Positions 44,401 to 59,300 of a stretch of DNA of 64,000 bases are shown here, piece by piece. Under the pieces are notes generated by a model. That model did not search any database. It saw nothing but the letters and a program-made list of their open reading frames with translations, and was not told where the DNA came from. Every line of letters starts with the position of its first letter. The stretch's first letter is position 1. The stretch lies in contig CM082584.2 in the NCBI GenBank assembly GCA_040954595.2, forward strand, positions 7,211,919-7,275,918, written 5' to 3'. Origin of the DNA: Balanoglossus misakiensis. Its lineage: Eukaryota; Animalia; Hemichordata. The position numbers were made by a program, and so were the translations under genes.

Positions 44401-47400
44401 ACTGAGCTCTATTCTCAACCCTGCCATCATACTTACGAATTGACAAGTACCACTCTCCTCGTTACCATTGACAGTTGACATGACGATGCCTCCATAATAA
44501 GTAACACTATGGCGATATTATTTGCCTTCGTCACCTCAGAGATGCATTATCTTCTCCTATCTTCTTTTGCACACGAACTCCAATTTTTAGCACTTGTCTT
44601 TTGCTATCAAGATCAATCAAGCTCTGTCCACAAGTTCAACAAGGATGTAATGCACCCATCAAGAACTGAAGTTGAAGCACATATTTGCATTAAGTGTTTG
44701 GCACAAAATGCATGCCAAAGTCCACCTTGCTATCGGGTGATTCTGCAATCGATTGATCTTTCAACTCTAATGATAAAAATTTATCAATATTGTCACTTGA
44801 TATGGTTCTAAATACTAAGTATCATACTTCCGCACTAAGTAAATCATAGACACGATACAGTTAGGTTTTCAGCAGTTAGGCTTATTGCCCTGGATACAAC
44901 AACTTGGGGAGGCCTACACATGATACATACACATGTGCAAAAATTAGCCAATTAGCATGGAAGGTTGTGATCTACTATCCAATCACAGATTTTCACTTGG
45001 CTGGTCAAGCAATATTAAAGGTACACCCAACCACATTACTGCATGATGCGATTCGAAGCTGCAAAACCAGGAATGCTGACTAAACGCTGATGGAAACCAA
45101 CAAAAGCATGGGATATGTTTGTTACCATGGGATACTATGGTGTTGCAATCTACAGTTTGCTTGTACTTGAACATTTCAAGTGTATTTGTCAATTTCAAGT
45201 TATTTGCATAGGTCAAAGAGGTCGCGGTTGCATATAGTTCAAGAAGTTTGGGCCCATAGACAATGATAGAATATCTGAATACTAGTACTGACTGTGAAGC
45301 CTGTCATCATAGTTCATCTTGGGTTTTTCAAGTCCAGTGTGGTATTTAAAGTTCACCTGCTAGTGAACCTTTGTTTAGTGGGACACTAAGATTTGCAGGA
45401 AAGACTTCCACATCTGTACACGGTCGGCCGTAACCGCAAATCGGTTGGGAACACCTGTACTCACTTTGGTATGTTTCCTGTGTATTTGTTTGCACTGCAG
45501 GTCCACATAATCCAGAGCTGCCAAACACCGTTCCGTCATGATGTGATGCCTGGGAATATGTCCGCTCAATTCCGCCAGTAATGCATGTAGATTAAACGGA
45601 TCAGGGGGCTTGAAATGCCGGAATACCTCAAGACGCTGAGTGCCGGTCAACTTGACATGGTCGATCCGGAAAGCTCTTTATGGTCTGAAAGAAATATCAA
45701 GTCATATATATGAGCATTGCACAATAAGTATGCTCTTACTGTAGGTACTACGAGCTTCAGATTGCATGGGAATCCGCGTGACAAATGTTAGTGCATCACC
45801 TGCTGGGGCGATAACAGCTTGCCATAGGTTTGCATAAAATACCTGTTGCCATAGCAATTGTGCATCATTTATAGCGTAAAACATAAAAATTCCTTGGCAG
45901 TAGTCAGAATGATACATTGTATACAACTAAAATATATTTTTTAGTGTTACAAAATTAAATTTATAAATACTTAAATATGATATTTCTATACTGATGCACT
46001 TCTTAACTTAATAGTGTGGTATAATTACCTGAAAAAGGAACCAATTTTCTCACAAGACTGTTATGTCAGTTTTCATATGCAGAGACTCGCCAAATACTCA
46101 ATGACACATATGCTGGCATTATTAAATATTATATTTATCACCTTGTAACAATTGATGGATTTTCAAGAGAATATTTTATCATGCTACATGTATGTGCGTT
46201 CAGACAGACATATTCATTTTGTCCAGTGACATTTCAAACAAAGGAAAAGATGTCTATTTTTACCAAAGAATATTAATCCAAAAACTAATTTATGAAGCAC
46301 TAAAAAATTGATGAACCATGTCGTTCTCTAGCACAATAATTCAAATCATGCTCTGTTCATACCATACATGTCATTCTTTAGATTTCCACCAGTATTTTCA
46401 GGTTAGCCAAGTTGCTGATAGCATTTCATCTGGTACCCATTAACTTGTGTTACTTTAATGGTAAATTTGTGAGTGAGGCCATTATAATTAGCACTTTACT
46501 TCAACACATTCCAACTTATAAAGCTCTGTAATGTTAAATTGAGACTAAATTTCCTGTTTATACGTGTGCAGCATTAGAATTCCGGTTCAGTAAATTTACT
46601 CTAAACACGACAAATGAGCGTGCATGTTTCTCCATTAAGTCAGCTTTGCCAATTACATTCCTTAACACATGCATGTACCGGTATGCTTTTCTTCAGAAAA
46701 TTACAAACTATTTTAACAGGTGTAATGCGCAGATTACTAAATTGCCCAGTAACGAGTATTTAGTGATGGATATATTTTATCCTTTCAGGACTACAAACTG
46801 GCAAGGCTTTGCATGTACATATACACACAGACAGACACATACATTGTACAAAAACCATTACATACAGTGAACAGTTTAACCACTCCACATGATCAATGGC
46901 GCAAATACAGTTCTATTTGCCTGCAAATTAAAACTGGTTACATTCTTTACACACAGCAAATTTACCGAAGAATCTGAGAAAAGGATACCGGAGGCAGTAT
47001 GAGTGAGATCAAACATTGACATGGCTATTAGAGGAAACTTGATACAAAGCGACGCAGGAAGAGTGACAAAATGTATCTAAGATGTGACATCCTCTGACCA
47101 CTATACGACAGGTAAAGTGATTTTTACCTTGCTTAGAATTAGTAGACAAATGAATCTAGCAAAAGTTTGGACTACTGTGCATAAAATATAAAGCTGTCTT
47201 ACTTGAGAAGATTCACATTATAGAAACATCGACCTTCTTCATCATTACGCTGTCAGGTATGATGCCACGTACGCAAGACCGTTGCATTTTGGGGCAAATG
47301 AAAATTAAGCCACAGGGGGGAAAACTGAACCTCTTTTGCATATGAAAGAATATTTTTCGAGTGAACAAGCAAATTTATTGATAATTTCCTGAATCAAATC

Positions 47401-49578
47401 CGGCCGTGAGAACATGTCAGTCCGTAAATAAGACGAAGAAAAGAAATATTGATTTTCGTGTCACGTCATTGATTTAGTGTTTGGAGATCGTATCAACGAC
47501 ATTTCTTCCAGATCTTCAAATTGCTCTCGACAGACACCTGCAATCCACACACAAATTTATTTAAATTGTAAAAAGTAACGAAAGATTTTGATCTGAATTA
47601 TAATTATTAAAGACATCTCCCAAGAGATGAAATTAATTTTGAAAAAATCCTTTGCTACCTACATCCAGAACTGACTGTAATGTGGCAGTATTATCCCTTT
47701 ACAACACTAGAGGGCGCTATTCATCTCCCATCAATGACTATTCCCATCACGCATAAATACCACAATAAAACGCAATAAGCTCTCACATACAATTAATAGG
47801 CTCTCTGTCAATAAATTACACACATGGGCTACTTGGGTTATTACTGGGCCACATTCAGAGTCCGATAATAAAGTGACTGTTTGTGAATTCTCTGACCCGA
47901 CCCCCAATAAATCGTCACTTACGAAACCACCGCAGGCAGTTTGTGCTTCTGTGGGAAATTATCTCTGCCTGAGTGACTTCTGAAAACTTTGTCTTCATTG
48001 TGCTTTTTTCTCAGGGTTTAATAGTGAAAGAATGCCTCTGCATGTCTCTCTTCTGTGACTCTGTCAACAACATCAAATTTCCATCACTGCCTTAATAACT
48101 TTCCATAACTTTATACACTTGTCATGAAAGTTTAATGGAAGTTTCTCTTTTGTTGCTTTTATCCTCAAACACGTGTGTGCATTAGAGTATCAAGTTTACA
48201 TGCAGAACAACCAAAACTCTCCCCTTTGAACACTCAGCATGTTGTGAAGGCACTGCAGAGCTCAAATGCACGAGTCTTCACTTATCGTCACGTCGTTCAA
48301 AGCAATATGTCGGCCATTAATGACACCTGTTGAATCATGGGTAATTCAAGCAGTTAAAAATGCCACCATATTGCTACCTTGAGTGCCAATGCAATCGCAT
48401 TGTTCTGGAGTCTTTTTAAAAGACCGGATTTTAACAGCGGTTCACTTTTTATCGCCCAATTCTCTTTCAGACACGTCACACTTGCTTTACTTTATGGAGT
48501 AAGATTGTGTTGGCAGTCAAACAGCAAAAGAAATGCCAGTACGATTACGATACTCGTCCTATCAAATTTCGACACTGCCTCCGTGGGTTTTCTATAAACC
48601 TGAGACACGGTTGAAAGGGCGAGAAAATGGGCGAATGTTTGCACCAGGTATTTTATGTCCAAACAGTCAACAAAAGACAGGGAGTCGGGTTGAGTTACCA
48701 CCTTCAAAGCTTGTTTCGATACAAATAAAATGATAGTATAAACCACAATTGTTACTATGCGGTTTGTAGAAAAGTTATCAATTTTGCTTCAAGTTGCAAG
48801 AAACACACTGTAGTTGGTCAGACGACTATCGACCAGTCTAAAGTTGTCTGTCTGTCTGTCTGTCTGGCCACAGATGTTTGTATAAAGTGACCCGAACAGC
48901 AGCAAGAATGTCGGCGACATGGAACGTGTCACTGCTGCAGGGGTCATAAGGTCACAAGGTTAACACCGTGGCTTTTTAAGCGTACCATTTTTCAAATCTC
49001 TAAATATCAATTTGGGACGACATGACAATGTGTTTGTTTGCATTACTGCCACCTTGATAATCTGACAACCAAAGAATTGAAATTTTGTGCTCTGAACATT
49101 TGCAAAGTACTGCAGATTTGCTCATTAGATTAAAACGCTGAAATTCCCAAATTCCAAAAGTCGCAGTAATCATGGCACCTTATGATTCCTGTCTGGTTTG
49201 GGTACAGGAGTCCAAATGTGGCAGAAAATTAACTCTAATTCCAGATATTCCACGTATGCCAATCTCCACATACCAAATTTCTGGGTAAATGAACTCACAG
49301 TATGCTTAGGCTAAAAACTATTACCAGGTATACAAGTAGGCCATGGCCTGCATAGACAGACAACTGGATAAGCTCATTACAACACATAAGCTTCTTTTCT
49401 ATCCTCTCAACTACACAGTCCAGAATGATTCCTTATCCCACAAGGGAAGTCAATCACTCCTACTAATCACCCATGTTACTTGTCTGTGACCCCACAACAA
49501 GTACAGAATCCGCTTCTAAACTATAAGCCTTTTGTCCCTCCGCCATTGTCAAGACAGGATTTTTCAATGGTTCTCCAG

Positions 49579-49602
49579 CCCCCCCCCCCCCCCCCCCCCC
49601 CC
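49579..49602. repeat. Poly-C tract (about 24 nt)
   Basis: Homopolymer read directly. Confidence 0.85.
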
Positions 49603-51055
49603 TCACCTCCAACGGTACAGCTGCGTACCACAGCTAGTATTGAAGGTACAGCATGAGAAGGCGTGAGTCAGTTTATGTGTATTTTTGATTGTATTCCACC
49701 AAGGCACTCAGAGTGTGTGTAGGGCGTGCATTGTGTGAACAAGTCTTCAAGGGCAAGTGGTTACTTGAATTCATTTTATATAATGAATTCTGCACTCTGT
49801 GTGTGTATTACTGCAGATCCACAATGCAGCCAGTGAACCAAGAGAATGTAGCCAAGTTTCTGTACTCAGATTCAGAAGACAGCTAGGTTTAGGTTGTCGA
49901 GGATCAGAGCTTGTCTTCCTGCGTTTTTGTTTTTGTTTTAAGAACCCTAACTCCTACATACACTATTGACAACCTTAAAATATGTCACTATATATACTGC
50001 AATAGGCATTTTCCTGTTATAAACCAAATAATGACACATCTTCCATATTAAACTTGTGCCAAGGTTTGGCATTGCAATTTGCATGTAGAAAACAATTATA
50101 TATAGTCACCTTTCAGACTACCAACACTCACTGCCACTATTCAAAGATAAATTAAGTAAACACGGTCAAGTGAAATTCAAATACATGGCTTTAGTTGTAT
50201 TCCAGCTGTCAAATTCATGGTTGCAGGGAAACGGTGCTTTATAACACAATCCAGGGTACAGATTATACTTGTTGAATTCATGTCATGAACTACTGGTAGT
50301 CAGGTTCAATACAGCACAGCCAGAGATAACAAAACTACAAAAGACCAAGTTGCAGAGCTTTTCAGGGTGTCCACAAAGCGCAGAGAAAAAGCAACAAGCT
50401 TACACATTGCATAATATTGGCAGAAACAAAGATGGACCAATAGGACGAATCTCTCTTTGGGCCTGCCATTACGGCTTCCAGTATTTCCAATAAAACGCAA
50501 GCAATCAAAGTTGATTACTCATAAGGCAGATACCATATTCTAGAATCATGATCCCTTTTCTGTTATAACTGCCTACAAGCAAAATTTCAATATTCCGCCA
50601 AAGGTTGATTTGCATTGCAGTTCTTAGATCAGTGTTTAATACTTGACTTTAATTTGATCATTGGTTGATAAAATACAAACTTTGAAAGCTGGCCAGTTTT
50701 AATACTTTCTTCTCACCAACGATCGATAGGAACTACAATAGCTGCCCATAAAACACTTGATATACAGTATTAATAAAAAGGATGACAAATGCCTTGATGA
50801 ACTGAACAGTTACGGAAAATTAAACATTGGTTTCAACGTGACAGCCATGATTCACCTCTAGAGGTTAAGTCTTTCTTGAATGACAGATGAATCAATTGGT
50901 GGAAACATCATTTTTTTAATTAAAATTAAAATCGATAAAAGGTCTGCCTTGGTCAGACGAAGAGATAACAGGGACATTATAACCATGGTTAATGTTTGTT
51001 CATTATTGATTTTAGATACTGTTTTACGGTTGTATAGGATATTTAATGGCAAACT

Positions 51056-51461
51056 TACCGTAATCACTCCATCAGTTCGACCAGAAAAAAAATAAATATG
51101 ATTTGTGAAAAGCCAAACTATTAGAATAAAAATAACATAAAACAAAAATGGCCACTCAAAGTGCTTGAATAATTTTTCAGGGGGCACATTTGCATGGCAT
51201 GAACTGTATGCACTATCAGCATGTAGTTTAGGTGATATTTATGATAGAATTGAACTGTTTAAGGTCACACAGAATAAAATCAGTGAGTTCTGAATACCTT
51301 GGAAGGTTTAAGTTGCAGATATCTTCATGAAAAATACACAATATCAACACATGCATTTAATCAGTGGTCAAACAATTGAAGGTTATAAAATAATTAATTT
51401 TCCAAAGAATAGTGGGTGGTTGAATTAATGGAGCGGTTGAATTAATAGACTGATTACGGTA
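51056..51461. mobile_element. TA-flanked Tc1/mariner-like MITE
   Basis: TA-CCGTAATCA ... TGATTACGG-TA termini; subterminal ctccatcagttcgacc / ggttgaattaatggag inverted match. Confidence 0.6.
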
Positions 51462-52849
51462 GTTTGTAAACTTTTTCGCAATTCCCTACAACATTTCTAT
51501 AGCTATCTCAAGTTTTAACTCAGAGATGCTTCACTGTAATCTAATCTGTACTTGAGACAGCAAATCTCTTCACACAATAACATTCTATGAACAGATTACA
51601 TGTAAACTGTATTTAGTACATGTACACTATAGTATGTTATTACATTATATCATAAATGGTTAAAACTGATCAAATGTTAATATATATCACATTATAATAT
51701 ATATTCACATTTAAGTGCAAAGTTTTCCAATTCTGTAATGTCATTTTTAGATTATAAAGATGTGTCAGCTCCAGTTGCTATGTTTGACATTGACAGTTAT
51801 TTTTATAATAAAGTGTTTCTCACATTCCCTACCACATTGATGTAATCAATTAAAATATTGTCACAATTACTATAACAGTTAGTTCATTCATGAAATGAAC
51901 ACAGTGGTATTTGTGTTTACACAGTAGTTTTCCAAGAGACAGGTCAACACAGTAGTTCACACAATAGCGTTTTTTTATGCTGAATACACTTGTATACACG
52001 TTGTTGCCTGTACTTCCCGGTAGGGAGTCAGTCTTGTACTAGTACATGTAGTAGTGAAGGTAACAACTTGTTGGCTCTGAATACCTGTCCATATCCAACC
52101 AGGTAGCACTGGAAAAGAAAACTATAAACAACCCCAAAACAAATACTTTTTACTTGTGAACAATTTAAAGAGTCATAAAAGTCTCGCCGTTACTCGCAAT
52201 CGATAGGATCGATAATACTTACATCGTTTTGATGTCTGAAACCTTCCAGTACAATGGGACCAAAGTTTTCTCCCACGTCAGAGTACGTACCACGGTTGGT
52301 GAATGTCTATGTGTTACATGTTACCGCGACGCGGACACACACACACCGGGCGACGGGAAACAAACTTGTCTAACAAAGTTGGGGACTTCGTGACAGCCGT
52401 CACGGATGTCACCAGAGAACAGTCCTTTGAGACTTGTCCGTTGTCACAGTTTCACGATGTACACATACGTTCTTAAATACAGATCTTCCGCGAAATGTCA
52501 GTTTCAATCATGTCACACACAGGCCAACTGCTGTGGCAATGTGTGTTGTCATGTCAGTCAGGTCGCTAATTAGCCATGCAAATTTTATGGTTATGTATTC
52601 TTTTCAGTTGTCAACAATCAACAAGGGGAATGGTTATACCATTATTGGAGACAAATTCATGTTTTTGATTAACCAAGAAACATTGAAGGTTTCGATTATA
52701 TTTGACCCTTTTAGAATTCAAACTTATTTTTATAATGTCTTGCATCCGTCATATAGCTGTACACAGCAAAAAATGACAGCCAGTGACACAATATCTAGCT
52801 CATCTAATGGAGTCAGATACCCCTGTGTAAAACATGGATGACTCCAAAA

Positions 52850-53162
52850 AGACCGCGACCGCGTCGACCGCCCTCAGCGTTATCCCCATTATGTTTCCAA
52901 AAATAGCAACTGACGTCAGCTATAAAATACTATGAATGCTGAAAACGAGGTCGCTATCAAATAGTTGTATGTTCAACATGGACGCGTCGATGTCGTAACG
53001 ATAACCTACAACTGCTCGGAAAAGTGTAATCTATGTACGATCGGAATCACTCTGTTGGCGTTGACAACAACGACACGATGCCTTAACGGTCGATTGGTAC
53101 AGCTACGCTACTGCTATTGATAATATTGTACTTAAAGTGTGTGATCGCACAGTGGAAAAATT
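52850..53162 (+). promoter_or_regulatory. CpG-rich promoter/5' UTR of MAP3K1 with a perfect CRE (TGACGTCA 52911-52918) and TATA-like TATAAAA at 52921
   Basis: Local CpG enrichment directly upstream of the first coding exon; motifs read in sequence. Confidence 0.55.
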
Positions 53163-53365
53163 ATGTCCGAACCCAGTCAGGACTGCGTCGATACCAGGAG
53201 TCTGTCGCCGGATGTTTTGGTCGATCGAAAGGAAACTTCAAATTCCACATCATCGCAAGGCCCGTTCTATGCAGCTGCCAGGAAGCAACTTAAGCATGTT
53301 CGTCCGCTAACCCCGCCACCGGAGAACAGGGACCCTGTTTCTGCAGAAAACTCTGAGTTTCAGAG
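53163..53365 (+). CDS. MAP3K1: MAP3K1 coding exon 1
   Basis: ATG in a CpG-rich region; gtaaat donor in phase 2 matches the next exon. Confidence 0.75.
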
Positions 53366-56300
53366 GTAAATACTTGTGGGGGAAACGTACATGCCTGGTG
53401 GGAGTGTTTGTTTGTTAACGTTAGAAATCAGATTGTGTTTCAAATGTTTACTCGCGCGTCTGTAGTCGGCGCGGCGAGGTCCATGCCGTTTAAGGTCAAA
53501 AGTGGCATCGAAACTGGACTTGCGTATTTAAAGACGTAAACGGTGCAGAGATCGCAAAACTCCACACATACAATACTAGTACATCCATACATGTTATTGA
53601 ATTCGATAATCGTACCGTCTATTATCATGCAAGTTGGGTGTGGTAATTGTATTGTTTCCCCACACCACACATGATACCTGTCGATTTCGCGATTGTCGTT
53701 ACCGGCGGAAGTTATGACCATAAATAGATGTATTTATGCCAAGTGGCCAAACCCCTGGCGAGAGAGACTTTTACGAACATCCCTCTGCAACTAGATGCCC
53801 GGAATTGTGTTAGATCAGTTGTGGATCTTGGTACTGCATAAATGTAAACCTTGTAGTAGATGTATATATAACAAACACATTAAACATATGTTGTAATTGT
53901 ACTATCTTAATCAGTTTTATTAAAATTTGCAGAATTAGACCAAATTATCTAAATTCAATAATTGTGTTGAAACATCTTCCACATTTCAGTATTTCTCATT
54001 TCTTTTGTACTTTACGCCGTGAGTCACTTTTTACTCTGGCTAATTTTCTTACTCACAGGCAGTTTTTTCAGGTGTTCCCCCCTTTCATTGTTGCCTATGC
54101 CCGATGACTGAATCCATTCAGTGTGACTCCCTCATCATACACCTATTTGGTGGGGGTGTTTTCTTAAAATACAATACTATGACTGTTACATGTATCTGAG
54201 ATAATACCACCACCACTAAATGAATTGAGACTTTGAAATGCAATAACATTTAATTAGCATCATTTTCAGTCCCTCTAATGAGATGAGCTACTGATATGAA
54301 ACTTAATATAAGATTGATTATTCACTCATTAATGTTACATGTGTTAAATTTGCCATCCTTTAAAAAAATGAAATTTTGCTGGTTTGATACAGTCCAAGCA
54401 AAAGATTAACTTTGTCATGTGACTGTTCCCATGGCTACCTGTTGCATGATGACGTAGATTTATGGAATAGTTTCTGGCAGCATATTTGATATTCAGTCAG
54501 GCACAACAGTACATATGGATGAGGAACTGGTATAGCAAAACTATTTTATTAGTAGTTTTATACAAGGCATGGGTTTGCTTAGGGAAATCCCAGTAACTGT
54601 CACACTGATAATGTTAACAGAATCACAGTTTCTGATAGTGCGTTTTTTCGTCTAATATTGATAAAGGGTTGCCATGGAAAGGGAAGCCCGGCGACTCTCC
54701 AAAGCGGACGAGAGACTGGAGGAACAGAAGATCCGGGAAAAGCTGCGCTCCATGCCGACATGGAAGAAAGAAATCGAAGAACGGAGGAAATCTAAAGGAC
54801 CAATGGTAATTTATACGATATTTTATTTTGTTAGCAAAACTAACATATACTATTTGAGTGTAGTGAATATACAATTGGAACACCAGCTTTTGCTTTATAA
54901 AAAGCTGAATTGATATTCTGTGTAGCTGAGAGATTCTGGAAAAAATCCCTCACATTCAGACTATAGATGGGAAAATCTCTTAAGTACTAGTACTGTCTGT
55001 GGTCATGGCCAATGATTTCAACAAAAGATCAATTACTGAAAAATGCTGAGACAATAACAGAGGAATTTCACTGCTTTTTAGTATTTACATAAAATGGTGT
55101 TAATGGATAGATGAGTAAGAATTAATTAAGGGTAATCACCAGATTTCCTGTTCCCATTTACAGGTACTTAGCACCCCTGCATTTGTCTGGTGGGGTTTTC
55201 GAGGGTGGGAAAATTGGTCATGAAACCCAGGACTTGTTAGAATTAGGGGTACCCTAAATTGTTCACGTCAGGGGACTAGACCTTGTAATCCCATATCAAT
55301 GTACCCCTAGATTCCAAACTCTCTTTGTTTTAACGAATGTACAGCAGGGGGAATATTGATGTTTTCATGAAAGTTCAAACACGGTCAATCTGTGTGTTAG
55401 TCAGGGTCGGGAGAGCCTGCAGAGATCTTGTGTAGATGCGTGTATGTTGTTGACAGTTTCAGTTCAGCTTCTATGTTCCCACTTCGATTGATAGCGGCTT
55501 TTATCAACTGTGAGACTCGCAGCACAATCTGAGCATCGCTCTGCCGTGGCCAAATATAGCAGTTTGAACTGAAGCGAAAAGGGGGCCAATGTGATAAAGT
55601 GGAAAGTGACCCTGAAAGATACGAGCCGTGGTGGGATCCACACATGGTAGCTTTCACGAAATGTTATCAACCGCTGTTTGTTATTCTTCGGTGCCTGTGT
55701 GCTTGGCAGAGTCCCACTTGTTTGTGTAGAGTGAAACTCTGCTATCTGGAAACTGATAGTCAATGTAGCCGCTTGTCAGATAAAATGAAGATAGGCAAGT
55801 CTTTTGGAGTGAAATCAATTAAGAATTTTAGTTAAGGTCACAAATACATACAAATTTGTACAATTTTCTTGTGAGTGAGTCGATCATTCTGTATTCATGC
55901 TTTTTCGCATTATCAAAATTCTCTACCGAAAGAATCAAAAACCTAATTATATTATCAGCTATCTGTATTTATTAAACCTAGAATAGACTATCACTTGCTC
56001 ATTCCTCATCAGATCTGATTCATTATATAGATAATGTGAGCAGTCAAATCTGTTTCTCATCCTGGGAAAAAATGTCTGGCCATTTAATTTGTTCAAAACT
56101 GTAAACATACGAAACGCCTGACTCTATTCAAGCAAGAGGTCACCCCTGCAGACTTTCCACCACCAAACAGAACATCTGCAAGACTGTAGTAAAGCGACTG
56201 ACGCAAGCTGAACGCATTAACCCCTCGACCCTAGTTATAAAATTTACTAGCTTTCTGTAAAGCGCTTGATAAAGGAGATCGACCGAAAGTTGTATCAAGT

Positions 56301-59300
56301 TACAATCCACTGGACTGTACACAAGATTGGACGGTCCTGCCCGGCCATCATCACCCGGCCAATATGTCTGAGTGGCTTCCCTGCCTACAGACCGTCGGTA
56401 TTCCCAGTCCCTAGCCAACTCAATTGTGATAATTTACCAGGCCCTGTTACACGATATCTTGTCCAAACATAGTGGAGATTTCTCCTATCTTATCCAAATG
56501 CCCTGTGCAATTATGCTAATTGGTCGTCTTCCATCCAGCCAATGACCAGACAGCCATATCACTGCAGGGTGTCATGGGAAACCCTGTGTAGAGTCCTGTG
56601 GGGGGGCTCTGAATATTGACAGTTGCTAAGGGAAACTGTCATGTCATGAGAGAGCTTGGTGCATCCCCTTACCTACTCCCTGTCAATTTCCTATCATGTG
56701 GTAATTTTATTTTTAACCCAAAGAATCTCATGACATGCTGATTTCACCTTTAACCTCCTGTCAATTAATTAGACACCATGTGTTGGTTTCATGACCACCA
56801 GCCCTATCACTACTTTAATGACATTTATACAACATGTTAATTTCAACTCTGGACTGACTGATCTGTTCAGCGTTTGAAATCGGTCCCAGGTTGCCAGTGT
56901 TTAGTGTCCTCCCCTGAGTCAACCCCCCCCCCCTCGACCTGTCAATTATTCCCAGCTGGGTATATTTGATTGATGGTGGAGATGAAGTTGCTGATAGATA
57001 GAGATCTCAAAACCTCCACCGAATTAGCTCTATCGCTTTTGGCGACAGACCGCCAAACAATTGCATCTCTGGCAGTAGTACTACTTGTACACACAGAGAG
57101 AGAATGGAAGTCTTGATGAGGCAGGAAGCTGCCTGAATGCTTGTTCCTGTTTGCTAAAGTCAAATGTTCGAGAGGAACCTCAGTATCCTCCAGCCAGCAT
57201 GTATGGTTAGTGTTGGTTTCCCAGCCAACTTTGTTAGCGCATGTTTTGCATGATGGTGATTTCCGTGGTCAGTCAGTCACCTTGCCACAACGGAGGGACG
57301 CAAGTGTGTGAGAAACGTAAACAGCCGACAGGTTTTGTAGAAAGTGAACTGGTGAGTCCCACACCCAAGAAGTTAAATTCACATTGTACAAGGGGGTCAT
57401 TGTTATCCAAGTTTAATTTTGTCATTGTTGAAAATTCAGTTGACAGATCTTTGATAGCAAAAATTTACCTACCCTAACCCTTTCTTTGTCTGCTACAGGT
57501 TGCTAAGCCACCGTCTCCGTCATCCTCATCGTCGCTGCTCACCATCAGCAGTGCGTCGTCAGTCTCTTCCATGACCAGTAGCAAAGACACGGGCAGCAGC
57601 ATACACAACTGCCGGTCCAGAAGACTTCACTCGCCGTCGTCCAACGAGTCGCCATTTACAAGACAGGTAAGCTCGATGCCCAGTGACTTGTCAGATCTGT
57701 AAATGTAAAAATCACGTCCATTATCTTCAACAGATTCCTAGCGAACAGTATCTTATCGTGAGTTACATGGAAAACATGTCCCTTGAAATGTACAGTAGAT
57801 GCATGTATGTCGCCGAAATGTTTATTTGACAGTTTAATTTAATGGGACTATACCGACACTGGATGAAATGAATGCTCAGGGAATGTGTTTTTGTGAACTC
57901 CATAAAGTGTGCCGGCTGAAATGGACAAGAGATACTGTACATACATACAGAAGCACATAAAATGTTTATTTCAAACGAAATGTACAAAGCATACTTAGTT
58001 GGTGCTAGAAGTGTCTGTTTTCAGAGTTTTAAGAGCTTAAATCAGGATTATGCAGACGCTGGTTAGACCACCCAGGAAACTTATGCTAATGAAGTACTTG
58101 ACAGGTGAAGGGAAATACAACTAATACTGTTCAAGTGGCAACTGCAAGGTGGTTGTCATACAGTGTGTGCATTGCCTGCCTGTAAAGTTTCAGAACTTCT
58201 GCAAAACATGAAATGGATTGAATCTTTCAGGAAAGCATTATTCAGAAATAACCCGAAGTTATCACTTGTTATTAATGTTACACGCAAAGGGGAATATTGC
58301 ATTCATGATTCGGTGTGTCAGTTCCAAGTCTAAAATACAGACTTGCTGATTGGTCAATTTCAGTTGTCAGACAGAGAAGTCTGTCATCGTTTTCAATGTG
58401 TCTGTTCAACCATCTACCCATCAATCAAGACCGACCAACCTGTCAATATTAGACCACCCATGAAAACGAACTTAATGATTTGTTTTTTTTTACGCAGTAA
58501 TGAACCATATCATGTCCATTTCACGTTGATATTTTTGTGGCAGATAGTTGCCATGGTTCCTCTCATGGTGGTTTGTTTCTTCTATTTTTGTCGCAGGTTG
58601 TCAACAGGCCGGTGTCACCTACAGTGCCAAGGAGGCGACCCTCATCATCGCCAACAGTAAGTAGACCAGAGTTATTAACCCTATCACCACCATGGTTCAG
58701 TCCAAACCCATTATTTTCTATGGTAAGGTTGGACCTCTAAAGCGAGAACTGGGGGTGAAGAGGTTAAAAAAAGACATACGTGCAAAAATAAAACCTACAA
58801 ATCCCTCCAACTGAGCAGTGAGTGAATCACAACAATTATTATTATCGGTTTATCCCGGAAAATTCAACAGTGCCCTTGAAGCTTCTGTTATGAAAACACA
58901 CTCCCCGGGGGGAAACTATTATATTGAAACGGAAAACTGAATATAAAAAAAAAGAGAATGTCGTCAATGCGAATGTTTTGATCTTTTCCAGTTTAATTCA
59001 ATATCTAGGAAATATGCAGAAAACAACTATTGTCTCTCTCCATTTTTCGCTGTCAACAGATTAAATTTCATAAAAATAGGAGACCTGGCATTCAGAAATG
59101 TTGATGGTGTAGATGCTTTTGATATTTTTGAACTCTAATGTTTCCACACAACCTTGGTCTGGGGTTTTATTTTCCTTTCAGGAGAAATTAAACATTTTGT
59201 GACGGAAAGTTGAATGCGGTCCTTCAAGTGTGAATCTGACTGTGTTCGCCAATTGAAAATTATTTTAAAATGATTGGTGGAATAGTTATAAGCTAAAAAC

